The position numbers and the translations under genes were made by a program. Shown here piece after piece: positions 12,805 to 24,659 of a stretch of DNA of 64,000 bases. The notes below the pieces were generated by a model. It was not told where the DNA came from, did no database searches, and was given only the letters and a program-made list of their open reading frames with translations. The stretch comes from Fistulifera solaris (Eukaryota), in NCBI GenBank assembly GCA_030295235.1, contig AP026124.1, positions 2,294,001 through 2,358,000 of the forward strand. The letters run 5' to 3'. Every line of letters begins with the position of its first letter. Positions within the stretch are counted from its first letter, which is position 1.

Positions 12805-14334
12805 TCACATCAGTTCCTCGGGATAGCTGGAGTCATGTTCTTCTAATTGAAACAGCGATGAGTATTGTACCAGCTCGCACAGAGCGTCAGTATAATTTGC
12901 CATGAGAAAAGCCGATTGTTGATAATCACCGCTCGCACTGCCGACCAGCACCTCACCTACAAGCGGTGGCAATAGTGACAATGCTCCCCGCTTGAGACCC
13001 TGGCAATCTTGATAGAAGCGGTTGAATCGATAGATTTGGTCTATTTCATCACCATCTGTCACCCTGTTTCCATGGCGGTCAAGCACTTCAATGAATCTGT
13101 TCCGATTTAGCAATTGCTTAAGCATAGTGTAGCCTGGATCGAATGTCTCGGGACTTTGAAAGCGGCGTAATCCTGCGTGGCATTCCATCATTGCGAATAA
13201 AAGCTCGCGGTGTTCGACAGGTTGGTTATGCGCATATTGCAAGTGCAACTCTTCCAAACTGTGATTGGCAGCAACAGTAGAAAGCAGTTCATTGAAAACG
13301 ATGCTGGGAATGATCGCGTGCAACTCACGAAATATTGTAACTCCAAACTTCTTTAAATGTTCCAATTCGGCGAGTCGTCGAAAAAGGAACACATAAAGAC
13401 GATGTGAGCCTCGATTTCTCGGTAGGACAGCTCCACGTTCAATTCTTTTGGAACAATGTCGACACGAGACCAATCCAGCTGCAACGAGTCTTCTACTTTC
13501 ATCGCAAAACCAACGCCTTTGCTAGAAGCGGACAAAAGCTGCACGATTTGTTGCGGTGTCGCGTATCCAAGCTCCAGATACTGGACTGTTCTAGCCTTAA
13601 GAAGGCGCTGAAACATGTCATTTTGTGTTTCCTCAACTTTCCACAGCTTAAGGCTCCCAAAAGGCGAATCTCTTCGAAGAAGTTTATTCACAAACGCATG
13701 ACCACAATCCGAAAAAGAGTGGAGAGAATCCTCTAATGTCAGAGAGATGGGAAACGGCATTTGAGCTAAAAACTCGGATTGCGCGGCACTGATATTTGAC
13801 ACTTCCAACGTGATTTCCATCATCGGACTGTTACGAAACAGCAGCGCAAGTTGCTGTGTCGAAAAAGACGCCGAAGTTGAAGTGTTCGTTCCAGCATCGG
13901 ACCTCCCTAAACCGGCTGTCGGTGTCGAGATCCCATAGAACAGCCGCTGTTTCCGCAATGGCGTGATCGGACTTTCCGATGATCGTACAGTGCAGAGAGC
14001 CGGAACTGAACCAAAAACACCTGCTGTCACCTAACGTAACACATCGTATCGAACTCGTGTCTGGATCATGATAGACGAGCAATCCGATCCCATGAACCGC
14101 CGGTTCATCCGTTAAAATGAGTGTTTGATTTTCTTGCCAAATTGACCATAGACCTTTGAGCTGCTGAAGGTCTTGGATTCTTGGAGGCCTTTGAAATCGG
14201 TAAGTTGGCAAAGTGTCCCGACGATTGCGCACAACAATGGGAACGTGCTGAAGCTCGAGTTGAGCTTGAGGAACGAGTTCGAGCAAGGAGCCGTCGGACA
14301 TGGTACTTCCGTTCATGAAATCCTCATTACTCAA
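12805..14334 (-). CDS. Expanded-family member, subtype B (~510 aa); two T-run frameshifts (near 13865 and 13383)
   Basis: Three overlapping ORFs (13831..14334, 13353..14030, 12805..13473) join into a protein colinear with 14849..16372. Confidence 0.75.
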
Positions 14335-14654
14335 AGTTGAATGAAAAACTGAATGATTGCTTTGATTGACAAGTTAATAAACATCTATCGAAGGTCATCG
14401 TATTACGACGCATGAAATGGTATTGCGATGCTTTTCGTATCAAATGCGTTCCTTTGTTCTTTTCGCACTTTCAGAAGATGAAAAAGATCCTCGCGTCAAA
14501 AGTACTACTGATATCAGCAAGTTGTACTCACTTTTACGTACAAGCCAAACTGACTAAACGGTACTAAACGGCACGTCGTTATCCCTAGCTTATCACGCCG
14601 CACAACGACCATGTCTTCGCGAGGGATGAGAACCTGTTTAAATAATAGACTCCC

Positions 14655-14826
14655 ACCCGCACAATAGGTCCGGTTGAATGTCAATACTCAACCAATCGAG
14701 CCCCAATGATTCACTAACATTCATTGTGAAGCTGACGCCTTTCAAGAAAAGTAGCTCTCTGGATACTTTGTTGACGTGACAAAGATTAGACAAACTCAAG
14801 TCCTTAAAGAGAAAACACTGATGCAT
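14655..14826 (-). pseudogene. Short internal fragment of expanded family subtype B
   Basis: RELL..KGVSFTMNVSESLGLDWLSIDIQP aligns with RELLLASAKAVSFTIDISDSLRLDWTTIEIVP of the neighbouring copy. Confidence 0.65.
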
Positions 14827-14848
14827 TGTCAGTATTAAGTCCCATCGG

Positions 14849-16372
14849 TCATTCTTCTATGCTAGAAATGCATACCTCCGATGTAAGCAACAGAGAAAAC
14901 TGCACCAACTCCAATAGAGTGTCCGTATGGTTCGCCATCAGAAGCGCATTGCGCTGAAAATCGCAGCTTGCACTGCGAGTCAGCGCCTCACCTACTAGTG
15001 GTGTCATAAAAGACAGTGAGCTTTGTGCCAGACCTTCAGAGCCCCGGAAGAAGCCGTTAAATGAGTAAATTCGATCAATCTCGTCACCGTCTGTGATTCT
15101 TTCTCCAAAATAGTAAAGCACTTCGATCGACCTATTCTTCTTTAGTAGTTGTTTTAAGATTGTGTAGCCGGGGTCCACCTTATCTAGGTATTGATCGACT
15201 TTGAAGCGGCGCAATCCCTTGTGGTGCTCCATTGCTGCATATATCTCACCAAGATGTTTGTCGTATTCAATAAACGTGTAGCGCATGTAAAGCTCTTCCA
15301 TATTTTGGTTGGCGTCTATAACACGAATGAGCTCCTCCGCAATACTTTCGGGTATGCCTCGTACCCACTTGGGGCAGAGAGCAAGTTTAAGCTTCACAAG
15401 ATCTCCTAATGCAGCGAGATGTCGGAGAAAGGAAGCGATAAAGTCGATGTGAGCCACCGATTCACAAGATGAGAATTCAACCGACAGATGTCTCGGAACG
15501 ATTTCAATTGTAGTCCAATCCAACCTCAAGGAGTCACTGATGTCAATCGTGAAGCTTACTGCTTTCGCTGAAGCCAAGAGCAGTTCTCGTATCAGCAATG
15601 GTGCAACGAAGCATAATATTTCAAGGTTATCGATTGATTTGCACAGCAGAAGCTGCTGGAAGCAGAAGCCAAGAGGTGCATGTATTTCTCTACCTAGCCT
15701 TAGATTGCCAAATGGTGATTCTCTTCCATGGAGTGCTTCCACAAACGCGTAACCCCCATCTGAAAAAGAGTCGAGCGAATTGCCTAATTCAAGCACAATG
15801 GGATGCGGTACCTGGGCTATATATTTCGCTTGGGCTGGGCTGATGTTCGATACTATTAGCTCAATCTTGGACTGCCCGTTTCGGAGAAGGAGATCAAGCT
15901 GCTCATTTAAAACGGCACCAAAGTCAAATCGTTCATTGCAATGAACGTGCATGGTTTGAATATTGCTTTCTAAACCCCAGACAAAGGCTGCTGTCTCCGC
16001 AATAGCGTAATCTGACCTTCCAACGATTGTACAACCAAAAGAGCCGGATTTGGTATAAATGTATTTTTCATCATAGGCCAGAGTGATCTGCTGTATCAAA
16101 CTTCCTTCAAAGGCATGATTGCCCTGAAAAAAGAGCTCGCGGTCCACGCATCCGAATGACACACCAGTCACAATGAGTGTATTGTTAGCTTGCCGAATCG
16201 CCAATAAACCAGTAAGTTGCTTTAGTTCTTCAGCACAGGGAGTTCTCTTAAACTTGTAAATGGGCAATATTGGTCCATTACGATACTGCAGGTACGGCAG
16301 GTGTCGTAAATTGAGTCGTGATGGAGGAATTTCTTCCAAAACTGACTCGGTTGCGGTTCTCATTCTTTCCAA
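14849..16372 (-). CDS. Expanded-family member, subtype B, uninterrupted 507-aa ORF
   Basis: Single ORF with LPIYKFKR, AIAETAAFVW, SFSDGGYAFVE, PFGNL, FLRHLAALGDL, DPGYTILKQLL, ITDGDEIDRIY.FN.FF, ANHTDTL.ELVQF. Confidence 0.85.
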   Translation of the reverse strand: MERMRTATESVLEEIPPSRLNLRHLPYLQYRNGPILPIYKFKRTPCAEELKQLTGLLAIRQANNTLIVTGVSFGCVDRELFFQGNHAFEGSLIQQITLAYDEKYIYTKSGSFGCTIVGRSDYAIAETAAFVWGLESNIQTMHVHCNERFDFGAVLNEQLDLLLRNGQSKIELIVSNISPAQAKYIAQVPHPIVLELGNSLDSFSDGGYAFVEALHGRESPFGNLRLGREIHAPLGFCFQQLLLCKSIDNLEILCFVAPLLIRELLLASAKAVSFTIDISDSLRLDWTTIEIVPRHLSVEFSSCESVAHIDFIASFLRHLAALGDLVKLKLALCPKWVRGIPESIAEELIRVIDANQNMEELYMRYTFIEYDKHLGEIYAAMEHHKGLRRFKVDQYLDKVDPGYTILKQLLKKNRSIEVLYYFGERITDGDEIDRIYSFNGFFRGSEGLAQSSLSFMTPLVGEALTRSASCDFQRNALLMANHTDTLLELVQFSLLLTSEVCISSIEE

Positions 16373-17049
16373 TCCACGAAGCTCAATTCATCAAGCACGC
16401 AATAGAATCGTGGGGTTGATAGTTTGTTAGAGGCTCTAGAGTCGGCACATACCTGATTATGTCAGTATCACAATCAAATTATGGTTTCCTCACATTTTTT
16501 GTTACAATTTTATTGCATGATCATGTTTTTAATTCGCTCATCATACAGACAAGTCGCATGTCGCATAGAGATTGAATTCGCGTTTCGCTTTTTGTTACTA
16601 GGTGCCAATAAAGCGCTGCGACCTGCGACTGCGGAGGGTTCACTGACTAGCAGTCCCATTTACAAGTGACTAACTTTGTGACTAAAGCAGTCTTGATATT
16701 TGTCTCGTAACCCCTCATGATTCTCCATAGCTACAAATAAATCCTTGAGATTTCATTCAAATCACTGAACGCAAAACGAAGCCATAATTCCTCCAAATTC
16801 TGATGGGCGACTACAGCGTGAACTAGCTCTTGTGCTATACCTTTGGGCATGATGGTGTCCCAAGTATGATGTACAGTTCAAGGCTCACAATATGTTTCAC
16901 TACGGAGAGACAACAAAGAAACGAACTGATAAAGTCAATGTGAGCCTCTGACTCGCAACGTGAGAATTGTACTATCAGTTTTACGGAAGCATGTCAACAA
17001 AATACCAATCCAGTCACTGGTAAGGATAAAGAAAATTGGAAAATAGGGT

Positions 17050-17290
17050 CAAGACGTTTGTAATTTTTCGAAGTCCTCTTTTTAGGTGACAAGACTAATT
17101 GCTGTATTTGAAAGCATGCAAATCCTTAGAAGATACAGTCCCGTGCCATATTGTTCTTTTGTTGGGGCCAGTGTAGCCAGACAGGGCCCACCTTGGCTTT
17201 CGAAAATTGCATGTACTCGGTAACAGTCACCTCATGACCCCACATACGATTTGCAATATTCTGAACTCCCAGAAGCAAAATTCATTCATC
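17050..17290 (-). pseudogene. Non-coding relic homologous to 21076-21202 (expanded-family debris)
   Basis: Direct nucleotide similarity: gaaagcatgcaaatccttagaagatacagtc..ttggggccagtgt versus gaaagcgtgcaaatcattagaagttgcagtc..ctggggccagtgt. Confidence 0.6.
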
Positions 17291-17342
17291 GGATTTAGAT
17301 GCAGTGGGTGAGAGACACTCACAACCTTCATCACGTGTTCTT

Positions 17343-18720
17343 CTAGCCAAACTGTTGAGCTTCAAGCAAGCTTACATAAATACCTCCTCCTGCGACTGAG
17401 GGTGATGCCATCTCGGTCATGAGCTCACATAATACGTCGGTGTGATCCGACAATAGTAACCCAATACAAGGAAAGCTGCCTGCAGCACTATGTGTCATCG
17501 CAGTGACCACCAGCAAGGGACGGAGGTGATCCAGCTGTTCCCGTAGAAGTAGTGTTTTACGGAAGTATCGGTTAAGAATGATAACATCCTGAATGTCTTT
17601 GGCCACCTTTAACATTGGATCAAAGTTCCAATCTAGTTCGATGTATCGGTTTTGTGTCAGCAAACTTTTGAGACAAACGTATCCAGGGTCAATAAATTGG
17701 GAATACTTTCAACATTTGAGAGTGCGCAATCCGTCGTGAGACTCCAAGACACGTAAGAGATCCTTCAAGTGATGTCCAAGATCAGACACTGTTAAAGTTT
17801 TGAGTATTTTGTTAGCGGCCACGGCCTCCAAGAACGCGTCTATGACATCTTTGGGAGTATCTGTTGGATTCCAAAACGTAAATTGAAAATTTTTCAAATG
17901 GCCTAACTGAGCCAAGCGGTGAAAGAACAAGATTGTGAGTTGTGGTGAAAAATACTCGGGCGAAAGCCATATATGAATGTCAATGGGGCTAATCACTGCG
18001 GCCGTCAGATCCATGTCACCGGTGCCCTTGCTCGCCGCGAAGGCAATGCTCTTTGCGGGTCAAGATAACAGTTTCCATAGCAACTCACTATTCGGGATAG
18101 AACCAACTTGTAGATGTTCAAATAAATGTAGATGCTCGAATAGTTGTTGCAGATTCTTTCTTCACGATCCCTGCCGGCCCATGTGAACCTACCAAAGGAG
18201 GATGTGCGGTCTCGTAGTTGTTTGGTGAAAGAATCCGTATCGAAAGATGACCGAAATATTCGATAGGATAAGGCCTTGAAGCAATCACACTGGACAGCAC
18301 ATCATTCATTGTGGCATTTGCAACGAAATTTTCTTTGTTGGCAAGGAATCACAAAGGAGGGCTAATTGCTCAAAGTGGCTAGTGCAAGGCGGGGTGACAA
18401 CTAATGAACACCTTGGTTGATTTCCGTTCTTCCGAAACGTTTATGCTGGCAAAAACACGGCTGCAGACATGATATCATGCACCGAATCACCATAGATCTC
18501 ACAATTGATGGGCAATCGGTCTTCCCATTCGAAATGCAGGACAAGGTATCCCGAGTCGTTGTACTTGATTGATCAGCACTAAAGTCTTTTGCGAGTCCAT
18601 CCAAACGACCACGTCATTTTCGTAGGCCTCCAGCTCGTTGTTGGTGGAGGGAGCTCGGAGAAACCGGTTATGGGAAGAAGACGAATACTCTGCTTTGTGT
18701 TTAGAAGCGGCCACTATTCT
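17343..18720 (-). pseudogene. Degraded full-length expanded-family copy, subtype A
   Basis: At least five short ORFs give FLRAPSTNNELEAYENDVVVWMD, IASRPYPI, FFHRLAQLGHL, LESHDGLR, LNRYF and DHTDVLCEL, with several stops and shifts. Confidence 0.75.
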
Positions 18721-18759
18721 CATCGACCCCCGATCCGCCTACAGTAGCTTGATAAGTTT

Positions 18760-19080
18760 CGAACTGCAGAGAACCGAACGAAAAATGCGCCACCTCGCAC
18801 AAAGCGGAAGTATTGTTTGCCATCAGAAAAGCCAATCGTTGAAAGTCATTGCCAGCACTGTGGATTAAAGCTTCGCAAACAAGCGCTGGCATTATTGACA
18901 GAGTTTCCTTTCTAAGATCTTGGAAGTCCCAAAAGAACTGATTGAATGCATAAATTCGATCGATAGTATCCCCGTCGGTCACTCTTTTCCATCGCTGTCA
19001 ACTACTTCAATATTTCTACTTTGCTTCAGCAACTGCTTCAGCATCTCATAGCTTGAATCAAGTTTGGTGGGGTGGACAGT
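18760..19080 (-). pseudogene. C-terminal fragment of expanded family subtype B
   Basis: TDGDTIDRIYAFNQFF...SAGNDFQRLAFLMANNTSALCEV; no upstream part of the gene is present. Confidence 0.75.
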
Positions 19081-19381
19081 GAGCAGTGAGCCACAAAGAC
19101 CGCAAACCATGATGACCGATAACTATCGCGCCATTTTTTAACGCTAACCCTAGTCTTTTCCCCAGTCTTGTTTTACATAGCTCGCCAAACCTTATGGCTT
19201 CCGGGAACGGCGTTAAAATTCTGCCTCGTTGTAGATGCTACGTAGAATTTTGTACTGGGAGGCAGAATTTTAACGTCCTTCCCCGAGTTTGCTTCCGAGT
19301 TCTCACTTCTCACCTCTCACCTCGTTATTTCTTTACAAAAATAAACAATCTGCATTCATTTGTAAGGAGAGTATATTCATC

Positions 19382-20344
19382 ATGGGAACAGAAGACAACT
19401 TATTCACGTTCTTGTCCTTCAGACATGTAATGGATAGAGCATTCATTATCTACTTGAGCCACTTGCTCTTGTTCACTCAACTGGCAATCATTGTGATCAT
19501 CCCCCAGGTGGTCATTGCAGTCGCCTTGAACAAAACAATAAGCGATCCTCTCTCAGAATCTATCGGGATAGCCTTCAACTATATGGTGGAACGTGTCTTA
19601 TGCTACCCAATTGCTATCTTTGTGCAAGCTGGCATCATTCATGTCGTGGCCAACTTCTACACGCAAAAGATTGCCACACTCAAGAGATGCATGATGTTTG
19701 CTTTGAGCCGATTTCGTGCTGTTTTCTGCTTCGCTTTGCTCTATTCAGTCTTGTTTTACATTTTCTTCATCGGGATTGTGGGTCTGGCTATTTTCTTGTA
19801 TGGGCTGTTTGAAGATATCCCGCATCTGAGTTATATTCGAGTACTACCTTTGATTACAGCTTCAGCATTAATAATTTATGCCATGACTTCTTTGACGATT
19901 ACATTGCCGATTTTTGTGATAGAGAAGCGGTCTCCGTGCGATGCGATCAAACGATCATTTGAACTTTTTTCTGGATATCGCCGCTACATCTTTTGGATCT
20001 TTCTGCTTTTCTTCACGTCATACTTTGTTTCCTTGATGTATCAACGCCTCATTGGGGCGATATTCGGATTTTCCACTTTGGCGGTGGTTCTCAGTCGCCT
20101 TCCAGGAATAGTGACTCTGCCATTACAGACAATGTAAGCATATTTTATTGAGTCATCCATGTCATTTTTTCATGTGTAGCTCTCCTCACAAACTGTTACT
20201 TTTTCCAGCATTATTACCGTTCTCTATATCAGTTTACGCGTGCAAACGGAAGGTTTGGACATGGAAATACTGATAAATGATGTGCAAATGCCGATCAATG
20301 GCTGTTCAAGTCAGGAAAATGCGGTCCTTGCGGAGGTGGTGTGA
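19382..20344 (+). CDS. Multi-pass membrane protein (2 exons; intron 20134-20208)
   Basis: About six hydrophobic segments, AIKRSFEL, and after splicing LYISLRVQTEGLD, resembling GDPD-membrane-domain/YciC-like proteins. Intron GTAAGC...TTCCAG restores the frame. Confidence 0.75.
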
Positions 20345-20644
20345 AACGAAGTATTGCATTTATTCATTCAAAAATGAGAATAATGATCACAGCTTGAATG
20401 CACCTTCAAAGTACGGCTAGGAGGTGGTGTAAAATAAATTGTTGCTTTCGATCAAACAATTGAGTGGTGCTTTTATTATTAAGTCCTTTTTGAACTGTCG
20501 ATCGAACAAGTTGATGCATTCCTAGCTCGCGTTTTTGTTCTTGCTTGTTTCCCGTCACATGGAATAGCCTCTGTGAAGGTAGAAAAGCTACTTGTGTCCC
20601 ACGAGAGAGTTTCGGTCCAAATAATTTTTGACACAATATGCCCT

Positions 20645-21204
20645 TTAAGCCAGAGCCATGCTTTTCAGTGGAGCAGATAATAGTGGTAACAAGAGCTCGC
20701 TAGGCACAGAGCCGACTTGGAGATGCTGAAACAAATGGAAATGATCAAAGAACTCTCGCATTGCTTTGTCCTCGACTTCTGTGAAAGGCAACGCAAGCGA
20801 CCCGAAACTGGTGGTGCGGTTCTGGAGCTGTGTGGTGAAAGCATCCGTTATCGAAAGGTGAACGGTACAGCGACAGATCAATAGGATAAGGCCTTGAAGC
20901 GAGGACCATGGACAGAACCTCATTTATTGTGGACTTTTCCACCATGATATCGTCGGTGGAGATGGAGTCGAATAGACAAGATAGTTGCTCCGCGTGGCTA
21001 GCATCAAACTCCAAGCCGTTGTAGTTGATAACTACATTGACTAGTTTTCGCTCTTCAGACACGTTCATGCTCGCAGACGTTTTTGACTTTCCGAAGTACT
21101 CGTTTTAGGTAGACCAACAAGACAAACTGCTGTTTACGAAAGCGTGCAAATCATTAGAAGTTGCAGTCTTGTGCCGAATCCTTCCTTTGCTGGGGCCAGT
21201 GTTT
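20645..21204 (-). pseudogene. Internal fragment of expanded family subtype A
   Basis: YNGLEFDASHAEQLSCLFDSI, LASRPYPIDL, RTTSFGSL, LLSAPLKS; abuts the truncated subtype B copy. Confidence 0.75.
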
Positions 21205-22391
21205 CCAAGTTCGGTGGGGGTACTCGTCAATTTTCAGACAGCGTAGACTCTCATGTCGCCCTATAGTCGTGAACACGTCCTGATGCTTTGTGCCGCGTTT
21301 TCGCAGCACGAAAGACAGGTGCAATTCCTTTAATCCTTGGTTTGCAGCAACAACATGAATCAGCTCATCTACGGCTCTAGAGGGCACTTGTGGAAACCAA
21401 AATGTAAACCCGAGCTTCACGAAATCTCCCATTCCGGCAAGACGCCGGAGAAACGAACACAAGGAGTCGGTGTGATCCTCCTCATCAACCAAATCTAGAT
21501 CCAGTGACAGCTCTTTGGGGATAATGTCAACAGATGACCAATCCACCTTCCATAAATCATCCCCTTCGCAGAGAATACGAATACACTTGACCGAAGCAGT
21601 GAGAAGCTGCCGTATTTGACTCGGGGTCCCGACTCTTAACTCGACTGTTTCAATGGCTTTCTCTTCCAATAGACGTTGAAACGTGTCACTTTGTGACTCC
21701 AGTACACTCCACAGCTTCAGACTGCCAAAGAGGAATCTCTTCGGAGAAGCGATTCGACGAATGCATTGCCACCGTCCGAAAACGAGTCAAAAGATTCCTG
21801 CAAGTAGAGAGATATGGGATAGGGAAGCTGGGCAATAAATTCAGATTGCATTGGGCTTATGGTCGACACGTCCAATGCAACTTGCGCGTTTTGATGTGTT
21901 CGGAAAAGAACTGCAAGCTGTTCCAGTGAGAAAACACCAAAGTTGAACTCGACACAGCTCCTACAAGAGATGTCTCTGGCTTTAATGTTACCAAGTAACT
22001 CCCACAGAAAAGTTGCTGTCTCTGCAATAGCTTGATCTGATGTTCCAACTATGGTAAATCGAAGAGAACCAGCACTGAAGCAAAGATACCTTTCATCGTC
22101 GGCCAAGTCTATAATAAAGCTTGTACATCCTTCTTTGGAGTCTTGCTGGTCAAGATATGATATCGATCGTCCCTCAATTTTAGCCGGATCATCTGTCACA
22201 ATGAGTGTTTGATTTTCTTGCCAAATCAACCACAAACCATTCAGCTGCTCAATGTCTTGGATAGTGGGTAACTTTCGAAATTTGTAAGTCGGTAATACCA
22301 CCCCATGTTCGTCCACAACTACTGGCATCTTTTGTAGCTTGAGCTGACATTCTGGAACAAGGTCAAGCAAAGATTGAAATTGGTTCGACAT
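21205..22391 (-). pseudogene. 3'-truncated expanded-family copy, subtype B
   Basis: ORFs 21717..22391 and 21154..21669 are colinear with the intact copy up to KIDEYP, then similarity stops (no DPGY/NRFF tail). Confidence 0.75.
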
Positions 22392-22888
22392 TTTCTTTTC
22401 TATTCACTTTTGCGTTCACAGGGAAACCATCCGGGGTGGCGAATTACGGGCCATTCGGTGAACTGTTTCAATGAGGCTCGCAAAGGCTTTCGAGATCAGT
22501 CAATAAGCTGAATAAGCACTTCAAACTACTTAAAATGTTACACTTCATAGATCAAAGTCCTGCAAGGATCCACTTTTTATGTCGCTTCTCTCTATGCTGC
22601 TACCGCGATTTGTGCTTCTGTCGCCTCATCCTCATCTCGCACATTTTTCATGGTATCTGTGAGTCCCGCTTTGATTAATGCGCGTCATAGATAATAAGGA
22701 ACACGAGGTGCCCAAAACGTGAAAACGATGCGACCAAAAAAGTATTAGATATTCCATATTGATAAAATAACGGATGAATTAGAAATGGATGGAGTACGGT
22801 ATTAAAACGCTACGGCGAACCAGTCTACATTTTGGTACAGCTTCATTGTAGGCTGCACCCGAAACCAGGCACACTCAAAGGTGTGAAC

Positions 22889-24411
22889 TTATTTCCACTG
22901 TCGCTTTCGGCGTGGTCCTAGCTCCGGGTCTGCTGGATTACCCTCGTCGTCGTCGTCGTCTGCCTTCCGTTTCAAAAGACTGCTATCATCGTGAGCTTCA
23001 TTCGCCAAATCGATCTCGTGCAAAATTTCGCACAAGATGTCTGCCTGATCTGCCAATAATGACGCGGCACGCTGGAAATGGTTTACGGCGCCATAAGTCA
23101 AAGCGGTTCCCAGTACTAACGTTCGGATAGACAGCGGTTCTTTGGTCACCATGTGCGATCCATGAAGGAATCGGTTCAATGCGTAGATTTTCTCGAGTTC
23201 GCGATCGTATTTCCAATTCGTACCGTGGTTATCAGTCACATGCACGCGTCGATTTCGCTGCATCAAGTGCTTGAGCCACTTGAATTGAGGGTCGAGCTTT
23301 GTAGGGTAAGCGGTTATACTGAAGACCGTGAGTCTGTCGTGCTTCTCAATAACGTCAAAGAGATCTTTAATGAATTGATCATCCAGTGCATCCACCGAAA
23401 CTGGTAACTTGAGAGACTTCAAGTTTTTGCTTGCACCAAGAAGACCAAGTAACGCCATTCCAACTTCAACAGGGATGGGATCATGTTCATGTAGAGAGAG
23501 CTCGAGACTTTCCACATGGCCTAGTTGGGCGACTCGGCGAAGAAAAGATAACATGAATGTAGATGGAAATGCTTCGTATAATGTTTGGATGCGAATATCT
23601 TTGGGAACAATGTCCGCTGCCATCAAATCGAGATCCTTGTTTTCATCACCGACTGTGAAACCGACACTTTTCACGGACGCGGACAGCAGTTGTAAAATTA
23701 GATCATTGGGCAATCTGTTGACGCGGAAGTGTTCGAATAAATTCAGTTGGTGGAAAATCGTCTTGAAAAGACTCGTTGCAAGGGACTTTTCAGATGACAG
23801 AGAACCAAAAGGTGTTGTACGGCCTTGAAAATGCTTCAAAAAAGCATCATCATCGATTGACGCGTTCTCAAGGTATAAATTGATTGGGTACGGGCGTGTT
23901 GCAATCATCGCGGAAACGGCACTGTTGAGCTTAGCACCGATAAAACATATTTTCCTGGTCTGATTTTTATCCATAATCAGAGCAAGTTGTTCCGCACGGG
24001 CATCATCAAAATCCAAGTTATGTTTGTAGCTGATCTCGATCTGTTTTTGGAAGCTCTCCAATGCCCCAAAGAAAGTAGCTGTTTCTAAAATGGCATCATC
24101 CGAGTCACCAAGGATTCGTATGCACACACCCGAATGGAGATCAAAAATTTAGCGAATCTGGTAGGCGGTGGAAATCGACCGCCGTTGTTGATGTAAGCCA
24201 ACGTTCCATTGTCCATCCAAACCAGCACGCCGCCCTGGCCCGTGCTGTAAGGCTTGAGCTCTTCGATCGCGGAGGGCGCTCGTAAGAACTTGTACAAGGG
24301 CCATTCCTTACCCTTTTCCGTCACTGCAAACTGATTCGCTTGGAGTTCAGAAGGTAAAATTAAGGCTAGTAATGAGTTTGGGTTTCTTCCTGGAGTGATC
24401 GCCATTGTCAT
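22889..24411 (-). CDS. Expanded-family member, subtype A (~507 aa); G-run frameshift near 24130
   Basis: WPLYKFLRAPSAIEEL..VLVWMD joins CIRILGDSDDAILETATFF...LDPQFKWLKHL..LNRFL..QADILCEIL. C-terminal basic cluster PRRKRQWK. Confidence 0.8.
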
Positions 24412-24541
24412 TTGTCTCGAATCAATTTTTTGTGAAATAAAAAAAGACTGTTCGCACTATGTAATAAGTGGTCGACAGGATAGTCGCTCCGGCAATCGTA
24501 TGGCAGAACTGCTTACTCTACACAATTTGAAATTACTACGT

Positions 24542-24621
24542 AGTACCAGTACCCCGTACGTATTTTTAAAATCCTATCCACGTACTGGTACTGTACCAGG
24601 TACCGGTACCGTACCAGGTAC
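24542..24621. repeat. GTAC-rich patch: 10 GTAC in 80 bp, an 11-bp perfect inverted repeat and an 18-bp-period direct repeat
   Basis: agtaccagtac (24542-52) pairs with gtactggtact (24582-92); gtaccaggtac at 24593 and 24611. Confidence 0.8.
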
Positions 24622-24659
24622 AAGTAGTTGGGATTTACTCTTGCAGACTGGCGTCACGA

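Noticed and set aside
19143..19153. Telomere-like ctaaccctag
   Set aside because: Single unit, compatible with chance.
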